A DNA stretch of 64,000 nucleotides from Bugula neritina (lineage: Eukaryota > Animalia > Bryozoa). The notes below the pieces were generated by a model. It did no database searches and was not told where the DNA came from. It worked only from the letters and a program-made list of their open reading frames with translations. Positions within the stretch are counted from its first letter, which is position 1, and each line of letters starts with the position of its first letter. Position numbers and translations under genes: made by a program. Positions 26,401-40,216 of this stretch are shown here, piece by piece. The stretch spans positions 4,369,751 to 4,433,750 of the forward strand of contig OZ037773.1 in NCBI GenBank assembly GCA_964035545.1. Reading direction: 5' to 3'.

Positions 26401-29400
26401 TTTTCTCACCTCTCGTAATAATCTTGATGTTTGCTTTCAATTCCAATATCTTCATTTCATAATTCATTTCCTATCTGACTTTTTCTATTCATCATTCACC
26501 AACCATCCATCTCACCTCTCTTTCACAGCCAAGATTGCTCTAGTCGTCCTAGTTGTCAAATGAAACAGGAGGTAGTTCATAAAGGTGGTAAGAATTTCCT
26601 CCGTATCCACGGCGATTGTGAGGGTGGTACGGTCAAAGTCCGTCTTAGAAGCAGAAGTCGAGAAAATTTGAAACCAAAGCCTCCATGGTCTGTATCTCTT
26701 ATAACTCTACATAATATATACATTGTACAATTTCATTTTCCAATGGCAAAATGCTGTTATACTTTCTATAGTTAATGATACTAACTAGTTTTATACATTT
26801 ACTTCACAGAGAAGATTCTCTTTGGTTTCTCAATTGGATAAGTGATATTCTTTATGGCAATTGTAGTTTTTCTATAAAGCCTGAATTAACGTTTTTTGTA
26901 TAGATTTTAGCTGATGTTTTTAGTTCCAAGAAACCTGAAACTAGAGGAAGGCGAATAAGGACTAAACCTCACTGCAATGACACGTCAACCACGACTATAG
27001 AGTGTGTTCCTGTTGACGAGTGTGTGGCGGTGTGTCAGCGCCCCCTAGACAAAGGAGAGCAGTATCGCATGTCTAATAAGAGTCGCAGTAGAAGCAGAGG
27101 TGCAGCACACCGGTCACGCTCATCTAAACACCGGGCTACCTTAGGTGGGTTCCCGGACCAGCAGTTGAGTTAGGTATCCTAGGCTATCTGTAAGCTCACA
27201 ATGTAGTTACCATGTACATGGGGCTACTGGTTTCCTCTTAGATGCAATACGTGTCTTTTAATATATAACTATATTGACTAGATTGTTATTTATTAACTCT
27301 GAATCATGCCTATATTATTACTATTACACACCTGCTTTTCGAGACTTGGGAAATCTTAAGCAATTTTTTATTCATTGTATAATTTATTATATTATGTTGC
27401 TGTGAAATTTTGAACAATATGAATTAGCTTTATCTTGAGGTATTTATATAAATTACAGATAACTGTAACAGCTTCGTTATTGGCATGATGTATGCAATGA
27501 TAGCAGATCACCTAACTTTCTGTATCAATAGTTATGGGTTGTCAATGAGATTGATAATCTGAAGTATTGGTTGATAGGATTGCAGAACGCGGCTCTCTAC
27601 AGTGAAGAAGAAGACACTGAAGAAGAATGCAAGAAAGTTGAAACAGTGAAATGTGGGCGGAGTCCTTGGTGTGGCAAAGGGACAGGTACCCAACCTCTCC
27701 GTCCACTGCAAAGACTTGCTTTTCCTACTGAGGCTAAAACCTCTTCACCTCCTCAGCTCTCAAGAAAGTCTGCTACTGCTAAACCAGTAGGTAAACATCA
27801 TAACTCAATTTAATGCTTGCTTGTTGTAGAAATGTGTCACACAGTGTCACCATGTGTCATAAAGTGTCACAGTATATCACATCGTGTCATACTGTGTCAA
27901 ATTGCGTTATAAAGCATCACACTTTGTCATAACTTGTCATATTGTGTCACTATATGTCATGGGGTGTCAGGGTATTTGTCATCCTGTGTCATAATATGTC
28001 ATCCTGTGTCATACCAAGTCATAATGTGACGCATTTTGTCGTAGCTTGTCACACGGTGTTATAGTATGTCATGCGTTGTCATGGTGTCCATACATGTTTC
28101 TAAGAATGCTTTGAGACAGAATCAGTTGCTCTTTTAACACTCAATAAATGCATGCACAATTGTCAAGTTGAGATGCATAGAGTAAAATACTGCAGACTAC
28201 TCAGTATGCTCTTATTTAAAGCGCAGATTATGCATTCTGCAACATTATATACTCCAGGGTGTGTACTTTGATTTTATGGTAAAGTTGTCATGCGATCTGT
28301 GTAGTTTTTTGAGTTATCTTTTTATAAAATCTAACTTTTAAAACGAAAAAGTGTAAGACCAGTTTTGTGGTGATTTTCTTAATTAGCTTTTGAATCCTAG
28401 CTTATACATTTTGAGTGATCGGTGAAGGTTCTAAAATGTTCCATTTTAAATAACAATAAGCATCTTTTACAGATAGTTGTCTTACATCAGCAATGTAAGG
28501 CAACTCCAAGCTTTGCAGAAACTTGCTTATTAACACATGTTATCCAAAACTCAACTAAACACTGCGTAAGATGTTTGGTTTTTTATAACTCCTCTGATTC
28601 AACATTGACCATACCTTTGACCTGTCGAAAATCGTATTGAAATTGCTCGTTTTATTCCGATTCAATTGGTTCTGTTAACTAATATTATTGAAAGCTATCA
28701 ATACTGATGAACATTTGGTTGCAGGCGTTTAACAATGGAGAAACCACAGAAACCAATATTACAGACTTGAAAACTGACCCTGTAAACAGCAATAACAATA
28801 AACGGTTTTCAACTTTTTCAAATAATGCAGGTCAGAAATTAGCCTAAATTTATTATAATGTTTATACAGTGGGAAAAGTTGTGGGCTTCAATTTTGAATA
28901 ATTATTATAATATTTTATTTTATTATGCTGTAATGTAATTTATATTGATCAAAAATGTCATCTTGGGGTAATATTGGTCAAATAGTATTATCATCTTTAC
29001 TGACATTATGTGAGAGCGAGGTTTTGCATGCTATTAGTTATTCTGGAGTATAGAGAACATGGATAATCATGGAATTCAATTTTTCACATTGGAATTTAAT
29101 ACATCGCAGTATTTTACCATCTAAGAATCGGGAGTAATATAATTTAGTGTCTGTAAGATTTACACTTTTACGACAAGGAGTATGCTTGACTACTATCTCT
29201 ACATCTACTACTACTACTACTACTACTAGTACTGCTACTACTACTGCTGCTACTACTACTGCTACTACTGCTGCTACTACTACTACTGCTGCTACTACTA
29301 CTACTACTGCTGCTACTACTACTACTACTACTACTACTACTGCTACTACTACTGCTACTGCTACTGCTACTACTACTACTACTACTACTACTGCCACTAC

Positions 29401-29505
29401 TACTACTACTGCTGCTGCTACTGCTACTGCTACTACTACTACTACTGCTGCTGCTACTGCTACTGCTGCTACTACTACTGCTACTACTACTACTAGTACT
29501 GCTAT

Positions 29506-29537
<32 letters not shown>

Positions 29538-32500
29538 ATTTCACATGCATTATGTTGATTGTCATTACCTATTATGTTACAGAGAGAAGAAGTATAATAC
29601 CTTTAGCTTCTACAAGTGGTAGTCGTCGAGCAAGTGACCAAATATTTGATTCTAAAAGGTTAGCAGATTGATCTAATAAATTTTTATATTTTCTGTTTTA
29701 CATGTTCCTAATAAATACCAAATTTTTCCTGAACAACATGAATGGAAATAGTCAATGCAAAGCGGTAAAATTAATCTGTACATGATTGTGTAGGAATGTT
29801 GGGATCTGATATGCAAGATAGATGTTTAGATTGTATATTATATATCAATTTATAAGTGCATTATTTTACATTAGTATATAATAACATTTAATAGTGGTGC
29901 AATTATTTTTACTGTGTTTTATAATACACTGATGGATTGTTTTATGTTATTAAAATGTCATTATAACGTGCTATTGTGTTTGTCACGGTGAAGTAGCAAA
30001 CCTAGATTGTTTAGTGAAATGCAGACAGCTTTTAAAATGGGTCTTTCGGTGATAACAGATTAAAAATTATGAATTTAGTTACATGGTTTTCATCTAATAT
30101 GATCATATTATATTATATATAAAATGTTTATATAATGCTTTATTATTCTGATCATATGGTGTCATGTAATATGGATAAGCAATATCATATTATGATGTAA
30201 TATATAATAATATGATCATATATAAGGTGATGTAATCTGGCTATATAGTATCATACAATTTGGTATTACAATGTAATACCAAATTTATATGATGGTGTTA
30301 TAATTACTTGTCATATAAGTTTATATAACATGTAATATATACTCCTTCCCATGTAGAGACAAGATTAGTGAGAACAACATACTGGGTGCCATCAGCATTC
30401 TGGAAGATGAGGAAAAAAAAGCAAAACGGGCGGAACAGAGGTGAGTTTTTTCTAAGCAAACCAGCAGCTTACATCAGTGTCTGCAGGCGTTTATCTCGGC
30501 AGCACTAGTAGTGCTGTCATCTGGTTGTGATTGTTCGTGTGCTACTTTGAAATCTCTCAAGCTATTTGGGATGGTGACTTTGAGCTAGTGTGAGTTCGTT
30601 AAAATCTGCTCTGAGAATATAAAGTTTGATTATTTTTTGTCATGCTTAAAATTTGAATAATAAATTACATGTTACCAGTATATTAATGATTCAATATGTA
30701 GAGGCTAAATTTTGATTTGGAATTCTTTTCAGGGTATATGAATTGTTATTTTTTAGACAGAAAAAAATGTAATACAGTTATTAAGATTCAATAACTATAT
30801 AAATATAGAGTGGTATGTAATTTGACTCATGAAGTAACTGCTAGGTGATGTACAGCAAGTGAAACTATGGTTACAGGAAGTCGTCAGCATGGCGCAACAG
30901 TTCTAGACGAGGTACTCGCCGATCATCACGGCAGAGTCGACCGCAGTCACGGGCGACTAGCAGAAGACCGACTTTATCCAGTCGAACAAGAGACAGGAAG
31001 TCTCGAGATTATAGCCGGAAGTCATATGACAGGAGGCAGTCGAGCCGTCGTCGTTCAAGGTCGAAGAGTCGTGGTGGGGAAGGCATGCGGAGCCGACGAG
31101 GAAGTTCTAGGCGAAATAGCGAATATGTTGACGATGGAGCGAGATCCAGAGCACAATCTCAAGTGAATCCATGGGGCGGAGATGGAAATGCTCCTAGAAC
31201 ATCAAGAGCAAAGTCTTTTCTAGTCAGCGTAAGTTATCTACTCTTTTCTACGTGTTGGCATTTGAGTTAATGAATTTCAAGTTGTTGGGCCCAGTAAGTT
31301 TTTTAATGCAGTTTGTCAGTTTTCACTTTTTGATATTTGCTTTGAAAATCAGTATGTTACGGTTGCAGCTTAAGAATCTGTTCATGGGGCCGGATGAGAA
31401 AACTCCAAATGAAGATGCAGATACAGGAGAGAATAACTACCTGAGTTCTAGACGTCCAACAAGGTGAGATAAATTTCAACAATTATTCTATCTAAATTAA
31501 GTACATAAAATTTTTGTGAAACTTAAGAGATTTCTTTTAATAAGTTGCAATAAGTTGAATGCTTAACTTAACTATAGTTACTAATGAATATTTAAACTTG
31601 GATAAAGTTGTTCTCGATTCAAATTTTACTTTGCAAAACCTTATTAAGTACATTGATATGTTTTACTTGTAACTTTACAGTTTATGAAAGCATGAATTTG
31701 AAGATTATTTGTTTTTCTATAGTCTCTAGTTTTCTGAATGTTAATTTGAAAAATAAATGTCAATTTAGAGAAAAGTGTGTTGACTATATGTGGGGTCTTC
31801 TAGATGTAAAGAACTATTTCTGAGTCTCATATGACGTTGTGTACAACCTTGTTGAGGTTTCATAAAGTTTATGGTTATGCTTGAATTGTAATCGAACAGC
31901 TTAGAAAAGCGTAACATCTTTGAATATTTGTTTTTCCCAAGTCTCTAGTTTTCTAAAAATCAATTCGAAAAAAGTCAGTTTAAAGAAAAGGTCTTCCAGT
32001 TGTAAGGAACTATGTTATGTTTTAGTCAGACTGTCAGGAGCCGAGCTACAAGTCGTGTCAGATAAGGAAGTAAAGTATCATGAGCATTATATTTGGTAAG
32101 TTGCAAGTGACCTTGAGTAATTCTACTTAAGGTCAACTGCCTACCTTGCACTATCATTGAAAAACTGAAGACTTACTGATTGTTTTCCATATAGAAAATG
32201 TGCACCAGGCATGTCAACTTTGATGAGAATACCTGTTGAAATTATTATTCAGAATCAAAAGGACACTTGATGAAGCTTTGTTGGCAATTTTGTTCTGTGT
32301 AGATTATATTATATTTTAACATATTTTCAAAGTAAACAAAATGTGTCTCATTGCTTGAAATCTCATGTTACAAGACTATACATGTCAGATTGCAGCCAAT
32401 GTCATATACTTGCAGCTTATTAAGTTTTATATTTTCTGTTGTAGGCAAACAGATAAATTTGAGAAAGATTTATATTCATTCCTTCAAATTGCTAGCAACA

Positions 32501-35500
32501 ATTTCCCTGCTTTATCTTCACTTGATAGGCCAAAAGAAACATTGGTCTATTCAATTCCGGAGATAACTAACACATTTGAATTCAACAAATCAGGTCAATT
32601 TTCCACTCCTCAAATTCCACTTGATTCAAATACCAGAAAGACACCTGCAACTTGTAGTCAAGCCCCTACGTCTGCTGTTGATGCTAGAAGTCATGTGACC
32701 AATGTGGTAGCCTGTCTCCCCGTGATATCTGAGAAGTGTCAAGTCTTGGAGCCGTCACATGAAAATCAAAGTAGCAAACAGGAAGTGCTAGCCCATAGCT
32801 CTCTCAATTTGGAACCGATGTCGGAAAGCATATCTGACAGAGAAGCTATTACTCCTACCTCTGACACCAAAGCTGCTTTGTTGGTTCAAAAGTCAGCTGA
32901 AGATCGTAACCAAACGAATGGGACTGAAGACGTTGAATGTAGCAAAATTTCTACTGATACCATTTCTGTAGATTCTGTTCCCAGGTCTTTTCAACAAATG
33001 ATATCTGAAGAAGCTGGTAAAGAGTTTTCTACACTCACAGAGAATAGATCACCATCTGTTGGAAAACCATCAGAATCAGGACAAAGTAAGCAACTCCGAA
33101 TATGGAACAAGCCAAATATATCAGGTGAGGTGATAATAATGTACTGACTAAGGTAACTTATGGTGAAACTGTTTTCTGTTATTATAAGAATTTCCCTGTA
33201 AAATTTGCATATAGATATTTTGATGCAGTTAGCCAACTGTTGTGCATTTTACTTGTAATAAGTGTGTATACTATCCGTCTATATTCACCTATTGGTTATT
33301 TTATGTAATACTATAATATAACATTGCAACACCTGTAATTTCTTGCAACTGCTCTAAGATAAATAAATTAAATTTGTGTAATATTATCTTACAATAGTTC
33401 TACTACATAGTATTGCCAGCTGAAGAAATGATTCATCTTAATATTGACGTTTGAATTGTTTATTGTTTTATGCGGACTACATTTCAGGATGATGTGTCTT
33501 TACACTCTGTAACATACAACTTAATAAATAAATAGTGAACTGGTTTTGTAGGATGCAAAAGGTGTGACAGTCTCTCTATTATATCGAATATTAATCGCCC
33601 AGCAAGAGAGAGTAGCTCTATGCCAACTAATTATTTGACGAGTCCTAGAAACAAGCAGGTAGTGTTTAGATTATTGTTTAAGTTATAGGTTTTTATATTT
33701 TTACACTATTTTAATTGGAACACTAATATTTGTGCTAAAAATTTGTTCAAAATGTTGCTTCACTTTTTTAGAATTTTGGTTCATTCGCAGAAGAAAGGAG
33801 TGATAATAGTTTGACTTCCAAGTCTTCAAGTAAGTCTTTCCATGGAATTCTATCAAAATTCAAATATACTAGTTTGAATTTTTGATATAAATATTCTACT
33901 ATTGTCACAGTAGAAATTTTAAAAGAACACTGCTTATTTATAACAGAAAAACTGATATAATTTGTAGAAGTCAAATTCAATCATTGCAAGTAATTTTATG
34001 ATTGTAACCAAAAATAGTGTCTTTGTATAATAACGGCTGTCTTCAAGTTGAAGCTAAGTTGAGTATTATGATAGATGATTATGATTACTGTGGTGACGCA
34101 AGGCAAGTGAATGCATATTATATTCACATTTCTCACACTTTGACTCTCTGTACGGAGCATGCTTTTCAATCATGACTAATATTTTTTAAACCTTTCAGTC
34201 ACTCCAAGCTGTTCATTAGCAGTTGATAGCATAGTGCCTAATTTGCAGCATTTTATTGTCTGAATTTGTGCATCTTGGGTTATTAACCCAGTGCATGGTG
34301 AAGTGAAGTGAAAGGGTTTAGCCTACATATCATATGTTGTTTTAAATGTAGTTGTTTAATTTTTTTGAGCTTTTCTTTGCTTTTATTAATTATTTAGAAT
34401 TTTTATGTTGAATGGTGTGTGGATGTACGAGAAAAGTATTGAAACAGCGAACTGCTTAGAAGCTTTGAATATAAAACATTTTCTTATGCTGTCTATACTT
34501 TTTTACATTTTTTTGGCAATTTGCCAGCTACTTTGACCTTTAATCTTTTAGATATCAAAAAAGAAGACGATTCAGAAGAGCCAAGTAATGGTCAAAAATC
34601 AGTTGAAAGTGGCTTGGAACTGTTAAGGAAAAGTTATGGCAGCCAAACAGAAGGTAACTACTGGCAGCCTACTTGTGATTGGATGATTTGTCTCTAGCTT
34701 GATTGTGGTTGGGTGACTTTGCATTGAAATTGTAGTCTTAGGCTGGATGTGTTTTAATGAAAGTCATCATTAAAATATTTTGCTAGTTGATCTATTAGGA
34801 AGCAACTGTGGTTTAGTGGTTAAAGCACAGGCCTAGTGTGTACTGTGTGAAATATTTGATACCCTGATAATGTCCGAGGCATTTGATTATAATTGTTCTT
34901 GTGCTAATTTGAACGCTTTCTCACAACACTGCCAGCATACAGCATAGTGAGAGACCGTCACTAACTCTCTTAAGAACCTTTTAACTTTAGGATTTCTTGC
35001 AGAAGGCTTTAAGAAGAATTAATTTATTAGTTTTATTACCGATACTTCACAGGAACTATGTCATCCTCAGAAAAAATAGTGTTAATATCTGGTGAGATAT
35101 CAGTAATGAATGAGGAAAGACTAGAATTCTCTAAAATTTTCATATTTTAAATTGGCTAAAGTTGAAACTTGATGGTTTTCAACAGAGTTGTCTTCTCCTA
35201 ACCTCAGCTAAAGCTCTTTTATATTGTAGTTGATGTAGTTTCCAACTCTGGAGGCAGCAGCTCAGACACGAGTTTAGTTCTGAACCCGGCAGCTGAGCTG
35301 AGCTCTTCTAACAGGAAGCAGAACGCTGACAGCCATTCAACATTGCTAGTACCTCACTATTTCAATGATGGACTGCTTGAGATTACCAGGTGCGGCCCGC
35401 TTAAGTTGAGAGTGCACTTGAGATTTACTCTTTCTTTTCAAAATTTTACATATTATTTATTGGTTTAAAGTAAAATGGGAATATAATATGTTTAATTTTA

Positions 35501-35894
35501 TTTCACATGCAGTAAGAAACGGAATGAATTAGTTCAAGTTGTAGTTTATATTAGTAAATGTCTCTGGCTTTTTATAGTATCTGCTTTGACGGGTTTCAAC
35601 TGTTCTGTGTATGTGTTGGGGAGCTTCTGGCAACATAGGTTGAAGATTTATAGAAAGACAGTTGTTGTTTTATTACATGCATTTCATAATTATATTTAGT
35701 GTGTTACTCGTTTCTGCAAGGTGGTACACTAAATCAATTGCCCTGAAAATCTTGTCTATTTTCAAGGTTTACAGTTTCACTTAATAAGTTGTAAGCGAAA
35801 AATTATTTCAGCTGAGTTTACTTCCGTTTATTGCAGCTATGGCCCACCAATGGAAAAGAATGATGAAGCAACAACGGACATTGAAAACTCATGA
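23454..35894 (+). CDS. Multi-exon low-complexity Ser/Arg/acidic coding region; probable C-terminal extension of LRRC73, or a separate downstream gene
   Basis: Phase-compatible exons: 23454-23581, 24184-24263, 24864-24958, 26529-26687, 26924-27144, 27578-27786, 28725-28830, 29583-29658, 30357-30440, 30877-31228 (RS-rich), 31369-31463, 32030-32095, 32445-33124, 33552-33658, 33772-33829, 34552-34653, 35053-35091, 35230-35389 and 35837-35894 (TGA). Some junctions (23581, 24958, 26687/26924, 27786) were chosen among alternatives. Confidence 0.65.
24278..24437. repeat. Degenerate ~36-39-bp minisatellite
   Basis: Repeated tactc(t/a)ttactgacagtgtga(c/g)tataactgac units. Confidence 0.75.
24485..24687 (+). 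mobile_element. tRNA-derived SINE (family 1), diverged
   Basis: Shares the core GGAAGAGCATCCAGTCATAATTGCTCCTGTGC and the tail GACTATAAACTTGTGTGA. Confidence 0.8.
25233..25430. repeat. Minisatellite (gcagacgtagcatatacta units)
   Basis: About 7 imperfect copies overlapping the stop codon at 25253. Confidence 0.85.
27834..28085. repeat. Degenerate ~10-bp tandem repeat (gtgtca core)
   Basis: tgtca(c/t) recurs with a ~10-nt period. Confidence 0.8.
29190..29537. repeat. Compound (TAC)n/(TGC)n trinucleotide microsatellite, intronic
   Basis: Read directly; it accounts for the poly-Thr and poly-Val ORFs. Confidence 0.95.
34797..34905 (+). mobile_element. Degenerate SINE family 1 fragment
   Basis: agcaactgtggtttagtggttaaagc head and tataattgttcttgtgct core remnant. 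Confidence 0.5.
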
Positions 35895-37884
35895 GGTATA
35901 TGGGTGTTATGAATGTCTACTCTGTGCGTTTGTGTAAACATTTGTGACTTATTAGTTTAGTGGTTGGATATCTGTAACCCTCCAGTTCATTGGCTGATTA
36001 TTTGTAACTCTCTAACTCATTGGTTGTCTTTCTATCACGGGTTTAAATACTTCTAGCTCAAATTTGTTGGGGACTTTTACAGGATAGCTGAAATCCAACT
36101 TTTGAAGTGTTGATTTTGTGAACATATTCTTTTTTTTGTCAAGTATTTTAAAACATATCTGAAACTGCTTTTGCTATCCCTTTCCAGAGGAGATAACTCC
36201 TAGTTATAGGTTCATGGTTCTGTATAATTTGAGCTATTGTGGCTGCAATTTCTAACACTGCCATTATAGTAAACACATTTCACTCACTCGAACCCTAACT
36301 TTCACTGCAATTTCATGGTCAACCGTAATGCGGCTGATTTACTAAATGAAAACAATTTTGTCATCAAAGTTTTATGAAAAATATCTTTATAAAAAGTCAA
36401 ACCAAAATTAATTAGATTTGACAAGTGATTTTTAAAGGCCACATGAACTTTAGAATAATATTCAAGACGAAAGTGCCACAACATCTGGTCTTGTGGTGTC
36501 ATGCGTTGATATCACTTTTCTTTATCTCACAAAAATAAGCTTTATTATCTGCTTTAGTTTTCAGCAACTTAAGAGGGGAAGAGACAGCTTCTATTACATT
36601 GCATTAGTATTTTGTAGTTATATTTAGAATGGTATGATGTTGCTAATTGTGATTAATTCTGTATCACATACCTTGGGTAATTAGGAGGTTCAGCTGTAAG
36701 GGTTTCAAGTTTGAAATTTAGCAAACGTCTCTGTTCATGTATTTTTGACTAAAAAATCTCTATTATGTACAAATATATCTTTTGTAGACTCTGAGAACCA
36801 TCAGAAACAAGGCTTCATGTTGACCCAAAGCTTTCTGTTCTGCCACAAAAGCTTTCTTTTTGCTAGTCACTTGTAGTAGCTAAAGTGTATTGTTAATGTT
36901 TTCTCTTTTGTATTACATGGTATTCAAGTACATATTATTATAATCATTCTGCATGTGATATTATTAAAGACAAACTACGTAAAACAAATAAAACATTTAA
37001 TTACAAAATTATAAAAGTTTGACCTGATGCGAAGCTAGAAACAATGTTTATGTTTGTGAGTTAGTTGGAAATTTCATAGCTGCCAAAACACAGATTGAGT
37101 CGTAACAAAAGTAGACAAGTGTCACAACACCTATAAGCGTTACTATATTTGCATATATAGTGAGGAATCTTTTAGAAAACACACTTTAGGGAATTTTTTA
37201 AAAGACATATTAAGCTGCTGTAAAATTTATTTATAGGTACTGCTTTTTGGGAAGTAACATTTGGTATATCTAAGACAAATGAGGTCAAATAACATCTGGT
37301 TCTGTCACATTTTGCTTGGCATTTTTCTGGCATTTTTCATTAGCTTAAATTTAAAATTTATTCTGTTATGAAGGTGTTATAGGCCAAGTTTTGTGCTAGG
37401 CAGTACAATACACTAATGAAGCTATATTACATGTATATGCAGTATTATAATAGAGTGTGAAAATATGTTGTAGTTGCACTATAATTAATTTGAAGCAGGA
37501 TTTATGCTAATCTCTTAAGTCACCTTAGTGCCCGGTGAAATAATTCACTTACAAATTTTTAAAGAAATGCAGTAGACCAAATTATTTGATCAGAAATAAT
37601 ATCCTGTTCAAAAATATCATTTTTTTGTCACCAAGTACCACCCAACAGTGGTTACTATTATTGATATATTGTATTATAAATAAAACTTTTTATATGGGCT
37701 AAGCCTCTTCTAAGCAGATTAGCAATGCATAATGTTGGAAGAAAATTGTTTTAATCCCGATTATGAATTAAAATGTGGTAATAGAAGAAGATAAATCAAA
37801 GTAAATTTATAGGAAGTGGATTATTGAAAACGAGCTGTCTGCAATGTATTGCAAAAGATTAGTAACATAATTTAGTTTGAGAAC

Positions 37885-40216
37885 TTATGGTCTGAATGGG
37901 TGGAGGTTTGCCAAGGACTCCAAGTGTTTTCTCCATGCTTCCAGACGAACAATAACCTGAAATTATACCAGTAATACTCTAAACATGCCACATGCTATAT
38001 ACTTGAATGAATAAAAGAATGTGCCACTATATTAAGTATATAAAAGCAATTATAATTCTCATAGTTAATATGACAGTAATCCAGTGTTAAAGTAATGTCA
38101 ATATAAGGTGGAGCTCTGCTGAAAGAAATTTCTATCACACTTGTTTTGATACAAAGAGCCAAATTCCGAACTTATGGAAACATCTTTGTATAATAAAAGC
38201 TTTTATTTGCCATAGATTCACTATGAAGCTTATTAAAGAAGTGCAGAACTGAAGGCTTTTAAAATAGTGCTAGAATTAGCCAATTAATATAATCTATTGC
38301 ATACAAATTTTGTGATGTAAATCTTCTAACGCTGCAATTAATAATATATCAGGATTTAAAAACATAAGTCAATTAAAAATTTTTGCATTTTTGCCTCTAG
38401 AAGACGTTTTTAAGGTGCAAACTACTAATGCCTCTGCCTTTGAATAACTATGACTATCATTTAATTGATGGCAGCATAATGTTCTAGAAGCTCATTAATA
38501 ACATATATAATAATATTATAGTGAATGATTAAACAAATCAATTATGTGTATCTAGATGCTGTGCTCTTAAAACACTTCCTAATGAAATTCCAGCATGTTT
38601 TGATCCTATAGACTTGTATGAACTTATCAACTTTGTAAAAGTATAGGATTAGCCTAAGTTTAGTGTCAGATTAACAAAATAAGTTGCTTCCTAACTTAGT
38701 GAATACATCTATATAATAATACAGGGTGTCCAACCTTTTCATAGCAAGGGCCACTGAGAGGAAATATCCTGTAGCGAGGACCACATTGTAAACTTCAGCT
38801 CGTGCTGGGGGCCATGGTGTCAGTATTTTTCAAATTACTTTATCCAAAATTTTTATGAATCGTTACACAATAAAGTCCTAATAGTTAACGCAGGCTGCTG
38901 CTTTGTGTAGCATGTGTATAAATAAAACGTTTAAAAGGTGATTTTTCACTCTAATTCATGTATATATATACTGTGAAAAATAGTTTTAGTCTATGCCTTC
39001 TTAAGACACATAAATGCAGGCTGGGGGTCACATCCGGCCTTGGGACCACTTGTTGAACAGCCCTGATCTAATAGGACAACAGATACTGTATGTTTATATG
39101 GTGCAGTCTATGAGCTCTATTGATTGAATCAAATGAGAGATAAACTATACTCACAGGGTCTTCTCCATTTGCACCAGGTCGGCCTGTGGATCTCAGATGA
39201 TCTATAAAGTTAGGATAGGGTGGGAGCATTGGCCTTCCAGTAGGACGGTCATGATTGAATTCTGGGAATACTGGAAATCGAGGGAAAGATGGTCGACCAG
39301 TAGGCCTTGCCCAGCTTTCTGACAAGGCTTTTTGGGCGTCATCCCACCAATAGGGCTTGTGTAGACCTCCTATCACATTCCTTTGATCTACAAAGTTATA
39401 CGCAGTCTTTCAGTACAGAATTGCTGTTATGATAAACTTTTGACACTTGTGCCATTGTGTCAAATCTAATTTTATTATCAATTATTAATTCTGAAATGCC
39501 TACAATTTTTAATTTAGCAAAAGCAGATAACTGTGAAATTCAATTCTAGCTGTCATATTCTGGTTTCTTTGTCAAAGACGCCCAAATATTTCAGTCTCAG
39601 TGAAGACATTCTGATTTCACATCAACTTTACATTAATCATATGTCTGTCAAATGATTGCTTACCCAATTTCAATTGTGATCCATATGCAACTCCAAAAAC
39701 CTATGAAACAAAAAAAACAAAATAGTTATATATGCACTAGTAGAAGTAAAAAGTAATGTGTGGGCAAATCATATAAATATACCTGTGTCTCTGTTATCTT
39801 AAATAAGCATTATTGTAATTCAAAGTTTATAAATATAATGGCTAAAATCAGTTCTAAAATATAGAGTAATTCCAGGCTGGTTTATGTCTGCTTCTCACAA
39901 AATTATAGAAACCATCAGTTGGTGTTTTTGCATTTTTTGTGAGAAAGGTAAATTTGTTTATCCAACCTCATAAATCATGTTATCATTTAGATGTAATTAA
40001 GACAGCATCAGAATTGAAACTGTTAACTAACTATCATCTATTATCAGATTTGGTAAAAATGACATTAAAAAGAATCAAATCATCTATTTTCGTAGTTCTA
40101 AATTCATTTCAATTTGAATATATTGCAAGCTACACTAAAACACAGTGAACTACTTGTATGTATAACTTTCAAAGACTTACTGCAGTGGCTAACAGGAGAG
40201 TGGTAAAAGAATTCAT
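37885..40216 (-). CDS. Secreted Pro/Arg-rich peptide precursor, 4 exons, 125 aa, unknown family
   Basis: Exons 40216-40181, 39700-39664, 39387-39155 and 37956-37885, with strong GT-AG sites. Translation: MNSFTTLLLATAVFGVAYG-SQLKLDQRNVIGGLHKPYWWDDAQKALSESWARPTGRPSFPRFPVFPEFNHDRPTGRPMLPPYPNFIDHLRSTGRPGANGEDPVIVRLEAWRKHLESLANLHPFRP*. Confidence 0.8.
38722..39065. mobile_element. hAT-like non-autonomous DNA transposon (MITE)
   Basis: Imperfect terminal inverted repeats CAGGGTGTCCAAC ... GTTGAACAGCCCTG. The flanking 8-mers taataata and atctaata match only partly. Confidence 0.6.

Noticed and set aside
29038-29671. Poly-Thr/Ala (mucin-like) and poly-Val ORFs
   Set aside because: This is an intronic (TAC/TGC)n microsatellite; only 29583-29658 fits the exon chain.
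30867-31166. 99-aa ORF MVTGSRQHG...
   Set aside because: It is an alternative frame of the RS-rich exon 30877-31228; splice phases support the RS frame.
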